This document shows, in pieces, positions 44,295-54,050 of a stretch of DNA of 64,000 nt (position 1 is its first letter; each line of letters begins with the position of its first letter). Below the pieces are notes generated by a model, which saw only the letters and a program-made list of their open reading frames with translations, made no database searches and had not been told where the DNA came from. The position numbers were made by a program, and so were the translations under genes. The DNA comes from Candidatus Syntropharchaeum sp. GTDB taxonomy: Archaea; Halobacteriota; Syntropharchaeia; Syntropharchaeales; Syntropharchaeaceae. The stretch covers positions 6,008 to 70,007 of the forward strand of contig JAOQII010000002.1 in assembly GCA_026134025.1 (NCBI GenBank), read 5' to 3'.

Positions 44295-46793
44295 TTGAAG
44301 TTGCAAAATCCGTTCAAAGATCAGGATACGGTGATAACGTCCATCTATGGCATACTTGTTGCGATAATCACTGGCATTGCGTTTTATATACGGTGTCTCC
44401 CAAAAGCAGATGTTTTTGGCGGTAGTTTTGTCAAGTTTGGCGGGAATGATCCATGGTATAATATGCGGATCGTTGAAAATACGCTTACACACTTTCCACA
44501 CCGCATCAACTTTGATGCCTATACATATTTTCCACATGGTCAATATCATCCGTTTGCCTTCCTTTTTGATCAGATACTTGCATTCATCATATGGGTGGCA
44601 GGGCTTGGCTCACCATCACATGAACTCATGGAGTTTATAGGTGCCTATTATCCTGCCGTGCTTGGTGCACTCACCGTTATACCGGTCTATATCATCGGAA
44701 AGGAGATATACAACAGGAATGTTGGTATCCTGTCAGCCGCACTCATCGCTGTTCTGCCAGGGCAGTTTCTCTCACGTTCACTTCTCGGATTTACAGATCA
44801 CCACGTGATGGAGACGCTTTTTGCAACGTGGGTGATTGCGTTCTTTGTGATCGCTGTAAAGTCTGCACAGGATCGCGTAACACTGGATCACATCCTGAAT
44901 AAAGACCTTAATCATCTCAAAAAGCCGATCTTCTACTCAATTCTTACAGGGATCATGCTCGGCTCATATATACTTGCATGGAAGGGTGGTGTGCTCTCGG
45001 TCTTTGTGATTCTCGTCTATCTGCTGCTTCAGGCGGTAATTGATCATATGAAGGGAAAGGATCTTGCATGGCTTCTTTTAATCTCAATTCCTGCATTCAT
45101 GATTGCAATTTTGATGATCCTGCCTTATATTCATCCATCAACGATCGATATAAGAACCGTTGCAGCGCTCTCAGCATCGATTCTCGGGGTGGCGATTCTT
45201 GCTGGAATCTCACATCTATTGCGAGTGAAAGAAATTGAACGGGCTGCATATCCTTTTGTACTCATCGTCCTTGCAGGAACTGGTCTTTTTGCTTTCAGTA
45301 TCATCGCACCTGATCTATATCACTCGATGATGGCGATGTTCAATGTCTTCTCACCCAAAGCAGGTGCGCTCACGGTTGCCGAGGTTCATCCAATGACGGT
45401 CTTTGATCCTTCCATTTCACAGAGTGAAGCATGGGTCTGGTTTACAACACCATTCTTCATCGCGTTCATTGCGTATGCCTGGATTGTATACAACCTCCTT
45501 TTTAAAGATGGAAAAGGAGAGGAACTGCTCTTGATCACGTGGAGTGCTCTGATGCTCTATGCATCGCTTGGTCAGAACAGGTTTGCCGCATACTATGCGA
45601 TCAATGTTGCGATACTCACAGGATTCATTTCATGGAAGTTCATTGAGTTTGGTCTGGGATCACAGAAGCACGAACCTGTAAAAGCAGATGCAAAGAAGCG
45701 GCATGAGCATAAGGACAATAGGTTTGCAAGCTTGAAGAAGTACATTAACCTTGACATCATCCTCATCCTTGTAATCATCTTTGTCGTTATCTTCTACCCA
45801 CCGATCTTCACGCCCAGAACAGGCGCACTTGATAGCGCCAGATATACAGGTGGTCCACAGACAGACTGGTATGAATCTCTCACATGGATGCGTGAAAATA
45901 CACCCGACTTTGCAACCGATAGTTTTAATTATTACACGCTCTATCCGGATATCCCGCGGGGAGAAGACTATCCATATCCATCGAGTGCATACGGCGTCAT
46001 GTCATGGTGGGATTACGGGCACTGGATCACGAGAATCGCCCACAGGATCCCGATCGCAAACCCGTTCCAGGCCGGGATCGGAGGTCCACATCAGGGAGAT
46101 AGACCTGGAGCATGTGTCTTCTTCATCACAAGAAATGAAACAGTAGCAAACGAGGTGATGGACGCACTCGGTGGAAGATATGTCATCTCTGACTTCATGA
46201 TGGCAGATGCGTGGAACTCCTTCTACAACAAATTCGGAGCGATGACGGTCTGGGCAGATGATACTGGTGGCTATTATGGGAGGATATTAAACGAAAAGGG
46301 GCAATATGAGACCGTGCTCACAGAGAAGTACTACTCAACGATGGAAGCACGATTACACATCCTGGATGGAACGTGGATTGAGAGGATTGAGCCGCTCAAG
46401 AACTATCGATTGATCCATGAGTCAAAGAGCATGATGCCGATAACGATAGGTGACGACCCCATCAGGTTTGTCAAGATCTTTGAGTACGTTAAGGGCGCAG
46501 ACCTTGTTGTAACTCCTTCTCCTGGCTTGAATGAGACATTTGCCACCGTCACGGTTGAGGTCTTAACGAACCAGGGCAGAACCTTCAACTACACACAACC
46601 CGCAACGCTTGCTGACGATGGTAAGTTTCATTTCACACTTCCATACTCGACCGAAGGACCGATTGAGGGCGAGACTCAGTTCGATACCGCGCCAACAGGT
46701 CCGTACACAATTGAGGTCGGGAATGTAACACGTGAGGTCAGGGTTACAGAGCGGGACGTGCTCGATGGTGGTCTGATTGAGGTAAATATGTAA
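44295..46793 (+). CDS. aglB: Archaeal oligosaccharyltransferase (STT3/AglB)
   Basis: 832 aa with a polytopic N-terminal half and the catalytic 'WWDYGHW' motif in the C-terminal soluble domain. Confidence 0.9.
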   Translation: MKLQNPFKDQDTVITSIYGILVAIITGIAFYIRCLPKADVFGGSFVKFGGNDPWYNMRIVENTLTHFPHRINFDAYTYFPHGQYHPFAFLFDQILAFIIWVAGLGSPSHELMEFIGAYYPAVLGALTVIPVYIIGKEIYNRNVGILSAALIAVLPGQFLSRSLLGFTDHHVMETLFATWVIAFFVIAVKSAQDRVTLDHILNKDLNHLKKPIFYSILTGIMLGSYILAWKGGVLSVFVILVYLLLQAVIDHMKGKDLAWLLLISIPAFMIAILMILPYIHPSTIDIRTVAALSASILGVAILAGISHLLRVKEIERAAYPFVLIVLAGTGLFAFSIIAPDLYHSMMAMFNVFSPKAGALTVAEVHPMTVFDPSISQSEAWVWFTTPFFIAFIAYAWIVYNLLFKDGKGEELLLITWSALMLYASLGQNRFAAYYAINVAILTGFISWKFIEFGLGSQKHEPVKADAKKRHEHKDNRFASLKKYINLDIILILVIIFVVIFYPPIFTPRTGALDSARYTGGPQTDWYESLTWMRENTPDFATDSFNYYTLYPDIPRGEDYPYPSSAYGVMSWWDYGHWITRIAHRIPIANPFQAGIGGPHQGDRPGACVFFITRNETVANEVMDALGGRYVISDFMMADAWNSFYNKFGAMTVWADDTGGYYGRILNEKGQYETVLTEKYYSTMEARLHILDGTWIERIEPLKNYRLIHESKSMMPITIGDDPIRFVKIFEYVKGADLVVTPSPGLNETFATVTVEVLTNQGRTFNYTQPATLADDGKFHFTLPYSTEGPIEGETQFDTAPTGPYTIEVGNVTREVRVTERDVLDGGLIEVNM

Positions 46794-47106
46794 GAACGAT
46801 TCTCTCTCCTTTCTTCAGATCTGCCCGCTCAATTATCCCTGCTGGTAGTTCAATTACAAACGAGACCGGTACCTTCGATGATCTGTATCCGATAAAGGGT
46901 TTCAGGGTTGCGAGATCCAGGATTTGGAGTGATTTATTCAGAAATAGCAGATCGATCGGAAAGAAAACGAATAACATGTGGATCCTGACAACTGTTTCCT
47001 TTTTGAACGGAAAAACGAGTGCCGTATCCTTGAACGTACGCCTTAACATCAACCCTCTCACCTTTCTGAGGTAACTGTCTGCACACTCAACGTTTTCTGC
47101 GATCAC
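46744..47106 (-). CDS. DUF192-like protein (start uncertain)
   Basis: 'KVRGLMLRR...ALVFPF...IHMLFVFFPIDLLFL' resembles the DUF192/COG1430 pattern. The ORF-track ATG 47214 would overlap the upstream gene by 88 nt. GTG 47106 is the first canonical start after that gene's stop. Confidence 0.5.
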   Translation of the reverse strand: MIAENVECADSYLRKVRGLMLRRTFKDTALVFPFKKETVVRIHMLFVFFPIDLLFLNKSLQILDLATLKPFIGYRSSKVPVSFVIELPAGIIERADLKKGERIVLTYLPQSDHHRARPAL

Positions 47107-47126
47107 ACGTCCATCCGCCTTTATGA

Positions 47127-48815
47127 TCAGGTTATCCCCTCCATGGCCCCAAATCCACCTATCATCGATGCTGTACCTTTCAGCGTGAGAACCGAACTCA
47201 TCGCACCGATCCACATCATTATAACAAAGTGCAGTGTTGCACCTTTGAGGCTCCCCCCTTCAACAAGTTTGATCATGATAGCAGATGCGAATGAGTGTCC
47301 TACGAGAATCACCAGGAGGAGAACATTCAGTATCGTGGGATCAAGCGTCTCCTGGAGCATGCCGCCAACAACCTCCTGGGGAAGTGATGTTGATGAGAAT
47401 AGGTCCTGCATCGTCCCAACGATTCCAAGCGATAGATAGAGTGTGACCGCAACACCCGCCGTGAGACCGTACATCACACCCACAAGACTGCTTCCTGTCT
47501 GGTATCGCTGTGTCCTCAACCCCATGATATGTATGAAGTTATTTGAGATGATATTACCTGCGGAATCTGCCTTGCCACCAACATCGATCGACTCGATGAA
47601 CATATCAGAGAAACGCTGAATCAGGCTGCTTCCGGTCTCTGCTGCAAAGTGATACCATGAGCGCATCTTGTTGACACGAATCGCCAGCCGCTGATAGAGG
47701 TTGTTGACGTCCTGAGTTAATGCCCCAAAATCATGTGCCCTCAGATCTTTGAGCGCAACATCCACGATCCCCCCTCTTGCAGCAGCAGACGCACCCAGTG
47801 AACGGATGAAGGATGCAAAGTTATCATCCCTACGCTTTATATCCGCCTCTGCCTTTTTGATCACATGACCTATGAGTATGAGCGGCGTGAAGATAATCGC
47901 AGCCTTGAGCTGTAGTGGAAGATCGAGTTGCAGGAGAAGAATTAAAATCAGCATTAGAAGGCATCCTGTGATTGCGACAGGAATTGTTCGCTTTATCTTT
48001 TGCTCCCTCTCTGTCTCCAGATTGACCGTGTGCCAGAGTTTCTCATGAGGGGTCTTTGTATTGACAAAGAAGACCAGAACCGCTTCCATGAATATGAACA
48101 TGAAGACCGTCATCGTGATCATCTGTGCCGGATCGACACCGGTTATAAGAGGCATTATGATCGCGAACGATGCCATAAATATCAGCGCCATCACCATAGA
48201 TAGGTACATCTCTTTCATCAGCTCGATCTGGTAGAGCTGTCCTCTGTATACAACGTCATACTGCTTCATCACAACCTCCTGCTCACTCGTCAGGAAAACA
48301 TCCATCGCCTCACCTGCATCCATCGCGTGTGCCAATCGATCGAGAAAGTCTGAGAGAAGAAGTGAAGGAGTTCTTCTGCCGACAAACCTGCACGCCTCTG
48401 ACATGCTTAAATGCCATGTATCGACCATCAGGAAGATCTTACTGATCTCGTCTGCAAGCGCCCCGTATTCCTCTTTTTTCTTGCGAAGAAGCTCAAATAT
48501 ACCTGTCAGTGTGAGATCAGAGGTTGCTAAAACGCCCATGTGAGTTATGAAGTAGTGCATGTTGTTGTTGATGTCTGCCCGCTTCTTATCGACCGCCATC
48601 TTCGGATAGGCGACAGCGACCAGGGCGCCAAAGAGCGGGATCAAATAGATGACCATCCTGAATATTCCTTCACCAAATACATCAGGAAAAAGCAGGAGCA
48701 CAACAGCCGCAAATGTGAAGCTCATCAGGATGATGGGTGCAGCAAATCGCTTGATATACCGATCCACTGGCATATCAAAGCAATCCATTGTGCCTGGCAT
48801 ACTTTTTATCACCAA
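47127..48815 (-). CDS. FlaJ/ArlJ-TadC-type polytopic membrane platform protein (type IV pilus/archaellum assembly family)
   Basis: 562 aa with multiple TM blocks separated by two cytoplasmic helical domains. It lies immediately downstream of the FlaI-like ATPase, and the stop and start abut. Confidence 0.75.
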   Translation of the reverse strand: MVIKSMPGTMDCFDMPVDRYIKRFAAPIILMSFTFAAVVLLLFPDVFGEGIFRMVIYLIPLFGALVAVAYPKMAVDKKRADINNNMHYFITHMGVLATSDLTLTGIFELLRKKKEEYGALADEISKIFLMVDTWHLSMSEACRFVGRRTPSLLLSDFLDRLAHAMDAGEAMDVFLTSEQEVVMKQYDVVYRGQLYQIELMKEMYLSMVMALIFMASFAIIMPLITGVDPAQMITMTVFMFIFMEAVLVFFVNTKTPHEKLWHTVNLETEREQKIKRTIPVAITGCLLMLILILLLQLDLPLQLKAAIIFTPLILIGHVIKKAEADIKRRDDNFASFIRSLGASAAARGGIVDVALKDLRAHDFGALTQDVNNLYQRLAIRVNKMRSWYHFAAETGSSLIQRFSDMFIESIDVGGKADSAGNIISNNFIHIMGLRTQRYQTGSSLVGVMYGLTAGVAVTLYLSLGIVGTMQDLFSSTSLPQEVVGGMLQETLDPTILNVLLLVILVGHSFASAIMIKLVEGGSLKGATLHFVIMMWIGAMSSVLTLKGTASMIGGFGAMEGIT

Positions 48816-50468
48816 TTATATATTGAACGGAATCGATTCTGGACCTTTGCGGTAGAAGTCAACAAAGATCTGGTTCACCTGATAATAATCTGTTATACCA
48901 AGTTCGAGCATTCGTTCGATTATCCTTGCCCGATACATCATATCTTCATATATCTTACGCTTATCCTCGTAACCGAGCGTTTCTGCGATTTTCTGTTCAA
49001 GAATGTATGAGTTATTCATTCCCCTGAAAAAGTGTCTGTCCATTCCCGGATCCCACTGGAATACCGCCCTTGTTACAACTCCACCTGCGTCTGCATAATA
49101 CCCCTCGATCTCATCGATGGACGTGCACCTTCTCAGGAACTTTCCCTTTCGGTAAACCGCCTGCTGGATGAGAGCGATGTTGAGATTATCGATGAACGTG
49201 ATCGGAACGTTGATTGGATCACCTGTGAAACGCTGGATCATCTTTCCCACAGATGAGGCATGGAATGTGGCGAGCACTGGATGTCCTGTCTGCATTGCCT
49301 GGAATGCGACAGCGCCTTCTGCACCCCGAATCTCGCCCACGATGATGTAGTTGGGTCTTGACCTCAAAGCTGCTTTCAGGAGATCGAAGAGGGTTACCCG
49401 TGAGTCTTCAGGTCCCTCATCACGGGTTATCAACTGCTGCCAGATATCATGCGGTGGAAGTACCTCTGCTGTATCCTCTGCTGTGAATATCTTTGATTGA
49501 GGCAGGATAAACGGAAGCATTGCGTTCAGTGCGGTTGTTTTACCCGATGCGGTCTCACCGCAGACAAATATACTCATACCATTCTCAAGACAGAGCCATA
49601 GATAGCCTGCAGCCTCTGCACTCAGCGTACCCCACCCAACGAGCTGAACGATACTTATAGGTGTTGAAGAGAACTTTCTGATCGTGAAGCTTGAACCGCG
49701 CCTGCTCACATCGTTCGAGTATATCGCGTTCAGTCTTGAACCATCGGGAAGCGCGCCGTCAACGATCGGATGTGCCTCTGATACGGGTCGCCCAATCCGC
49801 TCGCACATCCCGCGCAGAAATCTTGTAAGCTCGAGGTCATCTTTGAATCTAACATTTGTTCGGGTCATATCGAAGATCTTGTGGATGATATGGATATACC
49901 CTGTACCGATCGAATGTATGTCTTCGATATATGGATCACGAATCAGCGGCTCTATGACTCCACTCCCGATGATATCACGCTCGATGAAGTACCTGATATG
50001 ATCGTATTCAAGCCCGGTCATCCTGACCTTCTTTTGTTTAACGAAATTGAACTTCCGCTTCTTCTCATCTGTTTCTTCTTCTGCTTCATCCGTTACTATC
50101 ACGGACTCACGTAAGAGTTTATTTATTACCTCTCGCAATTCCTCCTCTTTCTCAGGGACGGGTTCATAAGGAGCCTTTTCAAGAACGATCTCAAGCACTC
50201 TATCATATTTTGTTTTTTCGACATCATTTAGAACGGGTTCGATCGCGTGATATTTTATCACTCCTTCTGCATCATCCAGATAAACGTGGATGAATATAGG
50301 ATCGCCGACCGGATAGATGATGTTGAGTGCCTCTTTTGAGATATCTCTGCCAACCTGAACCATAAATTCTGGTAATTTCTTCTTATTCGCCTTCCAGCGC
50401 TTCAGGTATTCTCCAAGATGTGGATTATTCTTTACCGCGGTCTTGAATGTTCTATCTGTCGCTGCCAT
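48816..50468 (-). CDS. FlaI/ArlI-type secretion ATPase (type II/IV secretion NTPase family)
   Basis: Walker A 'VCGETASGKTT', 'PNYIIVGEIRGAEG' and 'TGHPVLATFHA'. ATG 50468 follows aggggggaaa. Confidence 0.9.
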   Translation of the reverse strand: MAATDRTFKTAVKNNPHLGEYLKRWKANKKKLPEFMVQVGRDISKEALNIIYPVGDPIFIHVYLDDAEGVIKYHAIEPVLNDVEKTKYDRVLEIVLEKAPYEPVPEKEEELREVINKLLRESVIVTDEAEEETDEKKRKFNFVKQKKVRMTGLEYDHIRYFIERDIIGSGVIEPLIRDPYIEDIHSIGTGYIHIIHKIFDMTRTNVRFKDDLELTRFLRGMCERIGRPVSEAHPIVDGALPDGSRLNAIYSNDVSRRGSSFTIRKFSSTPISIVQLVGWGTLSAEAAGYLWLCLENGMSIFVCGETASGKTTALNAMLPFILPQSKIFTAEDTAEVLPPHDIWQQLITRDEGPEDSRVTLFDLLKAALRSRPNYIIVGEIRGAEGAVAFQAMQTGHPVLATFHASSVGKMIQRFTGDPINVPITFIDNLNIALIQQAVYRKGKFLRRCTSIDEIEGYYADAGGVVTRAVFQWDPGMDRHFFRGMNNSYILEQKIAETLGYEDKRKIYEDMMYRARIIERMLELGITDYYQVNQIFVDFYRKGPESIPFNI

Positions 50469-50559
50469 TTTCCCCCCTTTTAAACTCACCATTTAATTGT
50501 TTGAGATGTTATAAAAAGTTTCTTTGGTGTCTAAAGATATATTTTATTCTATTTAGTTA

Positions 50560-50892
50560 TTATTCTTCATTTTCAGTATTTTCCCCTTCTTCGTCGATTC
50601 TACCTGTGTACTCAAGATACCAGCTCAGGAACTCGGTGTACACAATGACGGATAAGAACCCAGCCCATACCGCAAGGAGTACATGGATATTACATATCGA
50701 TATCGCACCATTTACGCCCGCGAAAAGTTCAAAGGAGAAGAACTTAAGGCTCTGTTCAGGTATTGTGATGATACCTATAATCGGTATAAAGAACATCAAA
50801 GCAGCACCAACACGAGATGAAATATAGGTGATTATCAGTGCTACCATAACCGCGTACACGAGAAAGAATAGTAATGAAGTTATAATATTCAT
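50560..50892 (-). CDS. Small polytopic membrane protein, paralogue A (unknown family)
   Basis: 110 aa. It shares long blocks with the next gene upstream, including 'NIHVLLAVWA.FL..V.YTEFLSWY'. Confidence 0.6.
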   Translation of the reverse strand: MNIITSLLFFLVYAVMVALIITYISSRVGAALMFFIPIIGIITIPEQSLKFFSFELFAGVNGAISICNIHVLLAVWAGFLSVIVYTEFLSWYLEYTGRIDEEGENTENEE

Positions 50893-50911
50893 CTAAACCC
50901 CCCTCACATAA

Positions 50912-51451
50912 CTATTTAATATTGTTCTCCATAGTATAAATGATTTCGTTACCCTTCTCTGGGGTTATATCTTCATCAGCCGCGGATATTTTACCTTTCC
51001 AGTTCTTCCAGTTAGCCACCATCTCTTTCATCTCATTGAGTTCAACCACCTCATCATCACTGAAACTACCCATAACGTTCTCTGCTTTCAATTTTATGGG
51101 AGAGGACGCATCATCCAGCGAATAAACCGGCTCTGTAGTGTCCTTGATATTGTCTTCCTGACGTATATAGCTCATATACCAGCTCAAGAACTCGGTATAC
51201 AGAACGATAGCCAAGAACGCAGCCCATACAGCAAGTAGTACGTGGATATTGTGCACCGCAATCATGCCATCCATACATGTAAAGAGTTTGAAAGAGAGAA
51301 ACTCAGCCATATGCTCAGGTATGATCAAGACCCCGATTAGTGGTATGATCAGCATGAGCGCCGTACCGATGAGTGTCGAGATGTAGATCAGGATAAGCCC
51401 TATAAGAACAGTATATAGGATAAGAATCAGTATAGAAACGAAAAACTCCAT
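50912..51451 (-). CDS. Small polytopic membrane protein, paralogue B, with a soluble C-terminal tail of about 70 aa (unknown family)
   Basis: 179 aa. The first 100 aa or so are collinear with paralogue A. The stop and start abut the upstream gene. Confidence 0.6.
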   Translation of the reverse strand: MEFFVSILILILYTVLIGLILIYISTLIGTALMLIIPLIGVLIIPEHMAEFLSFKLFTCMDGMIAVHNIHVLLAVWAAFLAIVLYTEFLSWYMSYIRQEDNIKDTTEPVYSLDDASSPIKLKAENVMGSFSDDEVVELNEMKEMVANWKNWKGKISAADEDITPEKGNEIIYTMENNIK

Positions 51452-52675
51452 TTAACCACCTTTGAATCGCTTTATAACAAGCGCAATCGTCCCGAGTATG
51501 CCCCCTATCATGGCCCCCATCACTATAAACGATTTTGTTAAAAAGAAACCCATCGCGCGTCTTGTGAAATCTCCTGTGGCGTTATCCTCTGGCCTATCTG
51601 ATCTGCTGGACTCATTGGAGGTTTCATTCTCGATGCTCTCCCACCGGTCAAAAGTCTCAATGACCGTGGGTCTTGAGATGTTGGCAGGTTCTATCGATAG
51701 GGGTTTTTCCAGGAGTGTGATCGATAAAGGAGAGGTCATCGTCAGGCTACAGGGGGATGTTGAGTTTCCAACCGTCTCTACTGTGTAGTTCAGGAAGGTT
51801 GGAGGCACGGAATCTGCGTATATGGTTGTTGCAAGTAGATTAAAGCTCACAGATCCGTTTTTATCGGTGGTTGAGTCTCCTATTATGTTATCATTCTCAT
51901 CAAGTATCAGAACCTCTCTTCCCTCTACAGATTCGTGCGTGGCATTTTTAACCACGACTTCGAGGGTGTTGTAGACTGGAATTACTGGATCTCCAAGTAC
52001 GGTCAGGTTTGACCAGTCGAGATACGCATCGCTGATCTGGATCAATGGATCACCACCAGAAAAGATACTCCCAATTGTGACGTCTCCAGTCAGCGTCACA
52101 TCATTGATATTCAGGTACTCAAGACAGATGAAATCGATCTTTGAAGATATGATCTCAGAACCCTCAAGGTTCATAAATACAGAAGCTAAATTTACGTTAT
52201 CTGCTTGAACGCCAGCGTCATCAAACTCCACAACTCTTCCTTCCCCTGTAAGGTTGGTCGCGTCGATCGTTGATGATACAGATCGTATCTCAGTGGCCTG
52301 AATCTGGATCTCGTTTGCAGTTATGCTTGAATTCGTGATCTGGATCGCTTTCATCGAAGATCCTGTGATCGTTGATGCATTTACCACCGATGAGGACACG
52401 ATGAGTGTAGCGTTGGTCTCCATCAAAATCGCTGTACTATCATTTTTCCACCGTCTTATGCTTGTGTTCTTCAATATGAGCGTCGCATCAGGCTCGATAG
52501 TTATATTCTCGCCTATAAAGAGATCGTCAGCCTCGATCGTCATCGTCTCACCCTCCTCCACCACGAGCACCTTTACGCCTCTTGCAAGGGCCGGCTCGCC
52601 CGAGCATATAATAAAAATTAGCATAATTAAGGATATTAAATATATACAATGATATATTTTTTCATTAAGAGGCAT
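51452..52675 (-). CDS. Secreted or anchored surface protein with many N-glycosylation sequons, an N-terminal signal and a C-terminal TM anchor
   Basis: The leader is 'IYLISLIMLIFIICSGEPALA'. There are at least 14 N-x-S/T sequons and a repetitive Ile/Thr/Ser/Asn-rich (beta-helix-like) body. The C-terminal TM is 'FIVMGAMIGGILGTIALVI' followed by KRFKGG. Confidence 0.6.
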   Translation of the reverse strand: MPLNEKIYHCIYLISLIMLIFIICSGEPALARGVKVLVVEEGETMTIEADDLFIGENITIEPDATLILKNTSIRRWKNDSTAILMETNATLIVSSSVVNASTITGSSMKAIQITNSSITANEIQIQATEIRSVSSTIDATNLTGEGRVVEFDDAGVQADNVNLASVFMNLEGSEIISSKIDFICLEYLNINDVTLTGDVTIGSIFSGGDPLIQISDAYLDWSNLTVLGDPVIPVYNTLEVVVKNATHESVEGREVLILDENDNIIGDSTTDKNGSVSFNLLATTIYADSVPPTFLNYTVETVGNSTSPCSLTMTSPLSITLLEKPLSIEPANISRPTVIETFDRWESIENETSNESSRSDRPEDNATGDFTRRAMGFFLTKSFIVMGAMIGGILGTIALVIKRFKGG

Positions 52676-52793
52676 AAAATATTATTGTAGTTAGATTTAT
52701 TAAGGGTTTTGGTTGCGTCTAAAATAGAGATATTTCTTGAACCACTCCCAACCCTTATAAACTACCATAGCTGAAATTAGATAGGCGATTTCG

Positions 52794-54044
52794 ATGAAAG
52801 ATGCTTGGGTTAAAGATATAGAGCTTGCAGATACTGGTAATGATCGGATCGAGTGGGCGAGGCGCCACATGCCGGTCCTTGAACTCATAAAGACGAGGTT
52901 CGAAGAGGAGAAGCCACTTGAGGGCATTAAGATCGCGGCATGCTTGCATGTCACGGTCGAGACGGCAAACCTCATAAAGACGCTTAAAGCCGGGGGTGCA
53001 GAGATCGCACTTGCAGGATCGAATCCGTTGAGCACGCAGGATGATGTCGCGGCTGCACTCGCTCGTGAGGGTATCTGGGTCTATGCGTTTCGGGAGAATG
53101 CAGAGGCGTATTATGACTGTCTTGATGCCGCACTTGAGATCAGACCTGATATTGTACTGGATGACGGGGCTGATACGATTGCACGCATCCATGAACTTCA
53201 TCCTGACTGGCTGCACTCGATCAGAGGAGGGTGTGAGGAGACAACGACCGGAGTCATCCGACTGAGGGCACTTGAGAAATCTGAAAAACTCGGTTTTCCT
53301 GTGATCGCGGTTAATGATGCTGAGACGAAGATGATGTTCGATAATCGGTATGGGACCGGACAATCGACACTTCATGGGATCATGAACGCAACCAACCTCC
53401 TCTTTGCAGGCAAGAAGGTCGTGGTTGTCGGGTATGGCTGGTGTGGCAGAGGTGTTGCGATGCGCGCCAGGGGGATTGGTGCAAACGTGATCGTGGTAGA
53501 GGTCAGTCCGAGAAAAGCCCTTGAGGCTGCGATGGATGGATACCAGGTGATGTCGATGCGCGATGCTGCAAAGATTGGAGAGATATTCATCACGGTCACA
53601 GGGAATACATCGGTTATAAGGGGTGAACACATCGAGCTTATGCAGGATCAGGTGGTTCTTGCAAACTCAGGCCACTTCAATGTCGAGATCTCGACAAAGG
53701 ATCTTGAGTCACTCGCGGTCTCTAAAGAACAGGTCAAAGAGGAGATCGATGAGTATAAAATGGCTGATGGAAGGCGAATTTATCTCTTGAGTGGGGGACG
53801 GCTCATAAATCTGGCAGCAGCATACGGACATCCTCCTGATGTGATGGATATGTCCTTTGCAAATCAGGCGCTCGCTGTTGAGTACATCGCAAAGGCAGAG
53901 GGACTTGGAAGAAAAGTCTATGGTGTACCGATCGAGATCGATGAACGGGTTGCAGAACTCAAGCTCGAGGCGATGGGGATTACGATCGAGAAGCTCACCT
54001 CAGAACAGCGAGCATATTTATCATCCTGGGATCTGGGGACGTGA
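52794..54044 (+). CDS. ahcY: S-adenosyl-L-homocysteine hydrolase
   Basis: '[11 protein letters not shown]', '[20 protein letters not shown]' and the NAD-binding '[14 protein letters not shown]'. Confidence 0.95.
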   Translation: MKDAWVKDIELADTGNDRIEWARRHMPVLELIKTRFEEEKPLEGIKIAACLHVTVETANLIKTLKAGGAEIALAGSNPLSTQDDVAAALAREGIWVYAFRENAEAYYDCLDAALEIRPDIVLDDGADTIARIHELHPDWLHSIRGGCEETTTGVIRLRALEKSEKLGFPVIAVNDAETKMMFDNRYGTGQSTLHGIMNATNLLFAGKKVVVVGYGWCGRGVAMRARGIGANVIVVEVSPRKALEAAMDGYQVMSMRDAAKIGEIFITVTGNTSVIRGEHIELMQDQVVLANSGHFNVEISTKDLESLAVSKEQVKEEIDEYKMADGRRIYLLSGGRLINLAAAYGHPPDVMDMSFANQALAVEYIAKAEGLGRKVYGVPIEIDERVAELKLEAMGITIEKLTSEQRAYLSSWDLGT

Positions 54045-54050
54045 ATATCC

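Larger units (their letters stand above)
50560..51451 (-). repeat. Tandem gene duplication (the two paralogous membrane-protein genes)
   Basis: DNA-level similarity is visible. For example, tataccagctcaggaactcggtgtacac at about 50617 matches tataccagctcaagaactcggtatacag at about 51177. Confidence 0.7.

Noticed and set aside
52755-53630. 291-aa and 111-aa minus-strand ORFs (52755-53630 and 52700-53035)
   Set aside because: They are antisense to the clearly identified ahcY gene. They have Cys/Arg/His-rich compositions typical of shadow ORFs.
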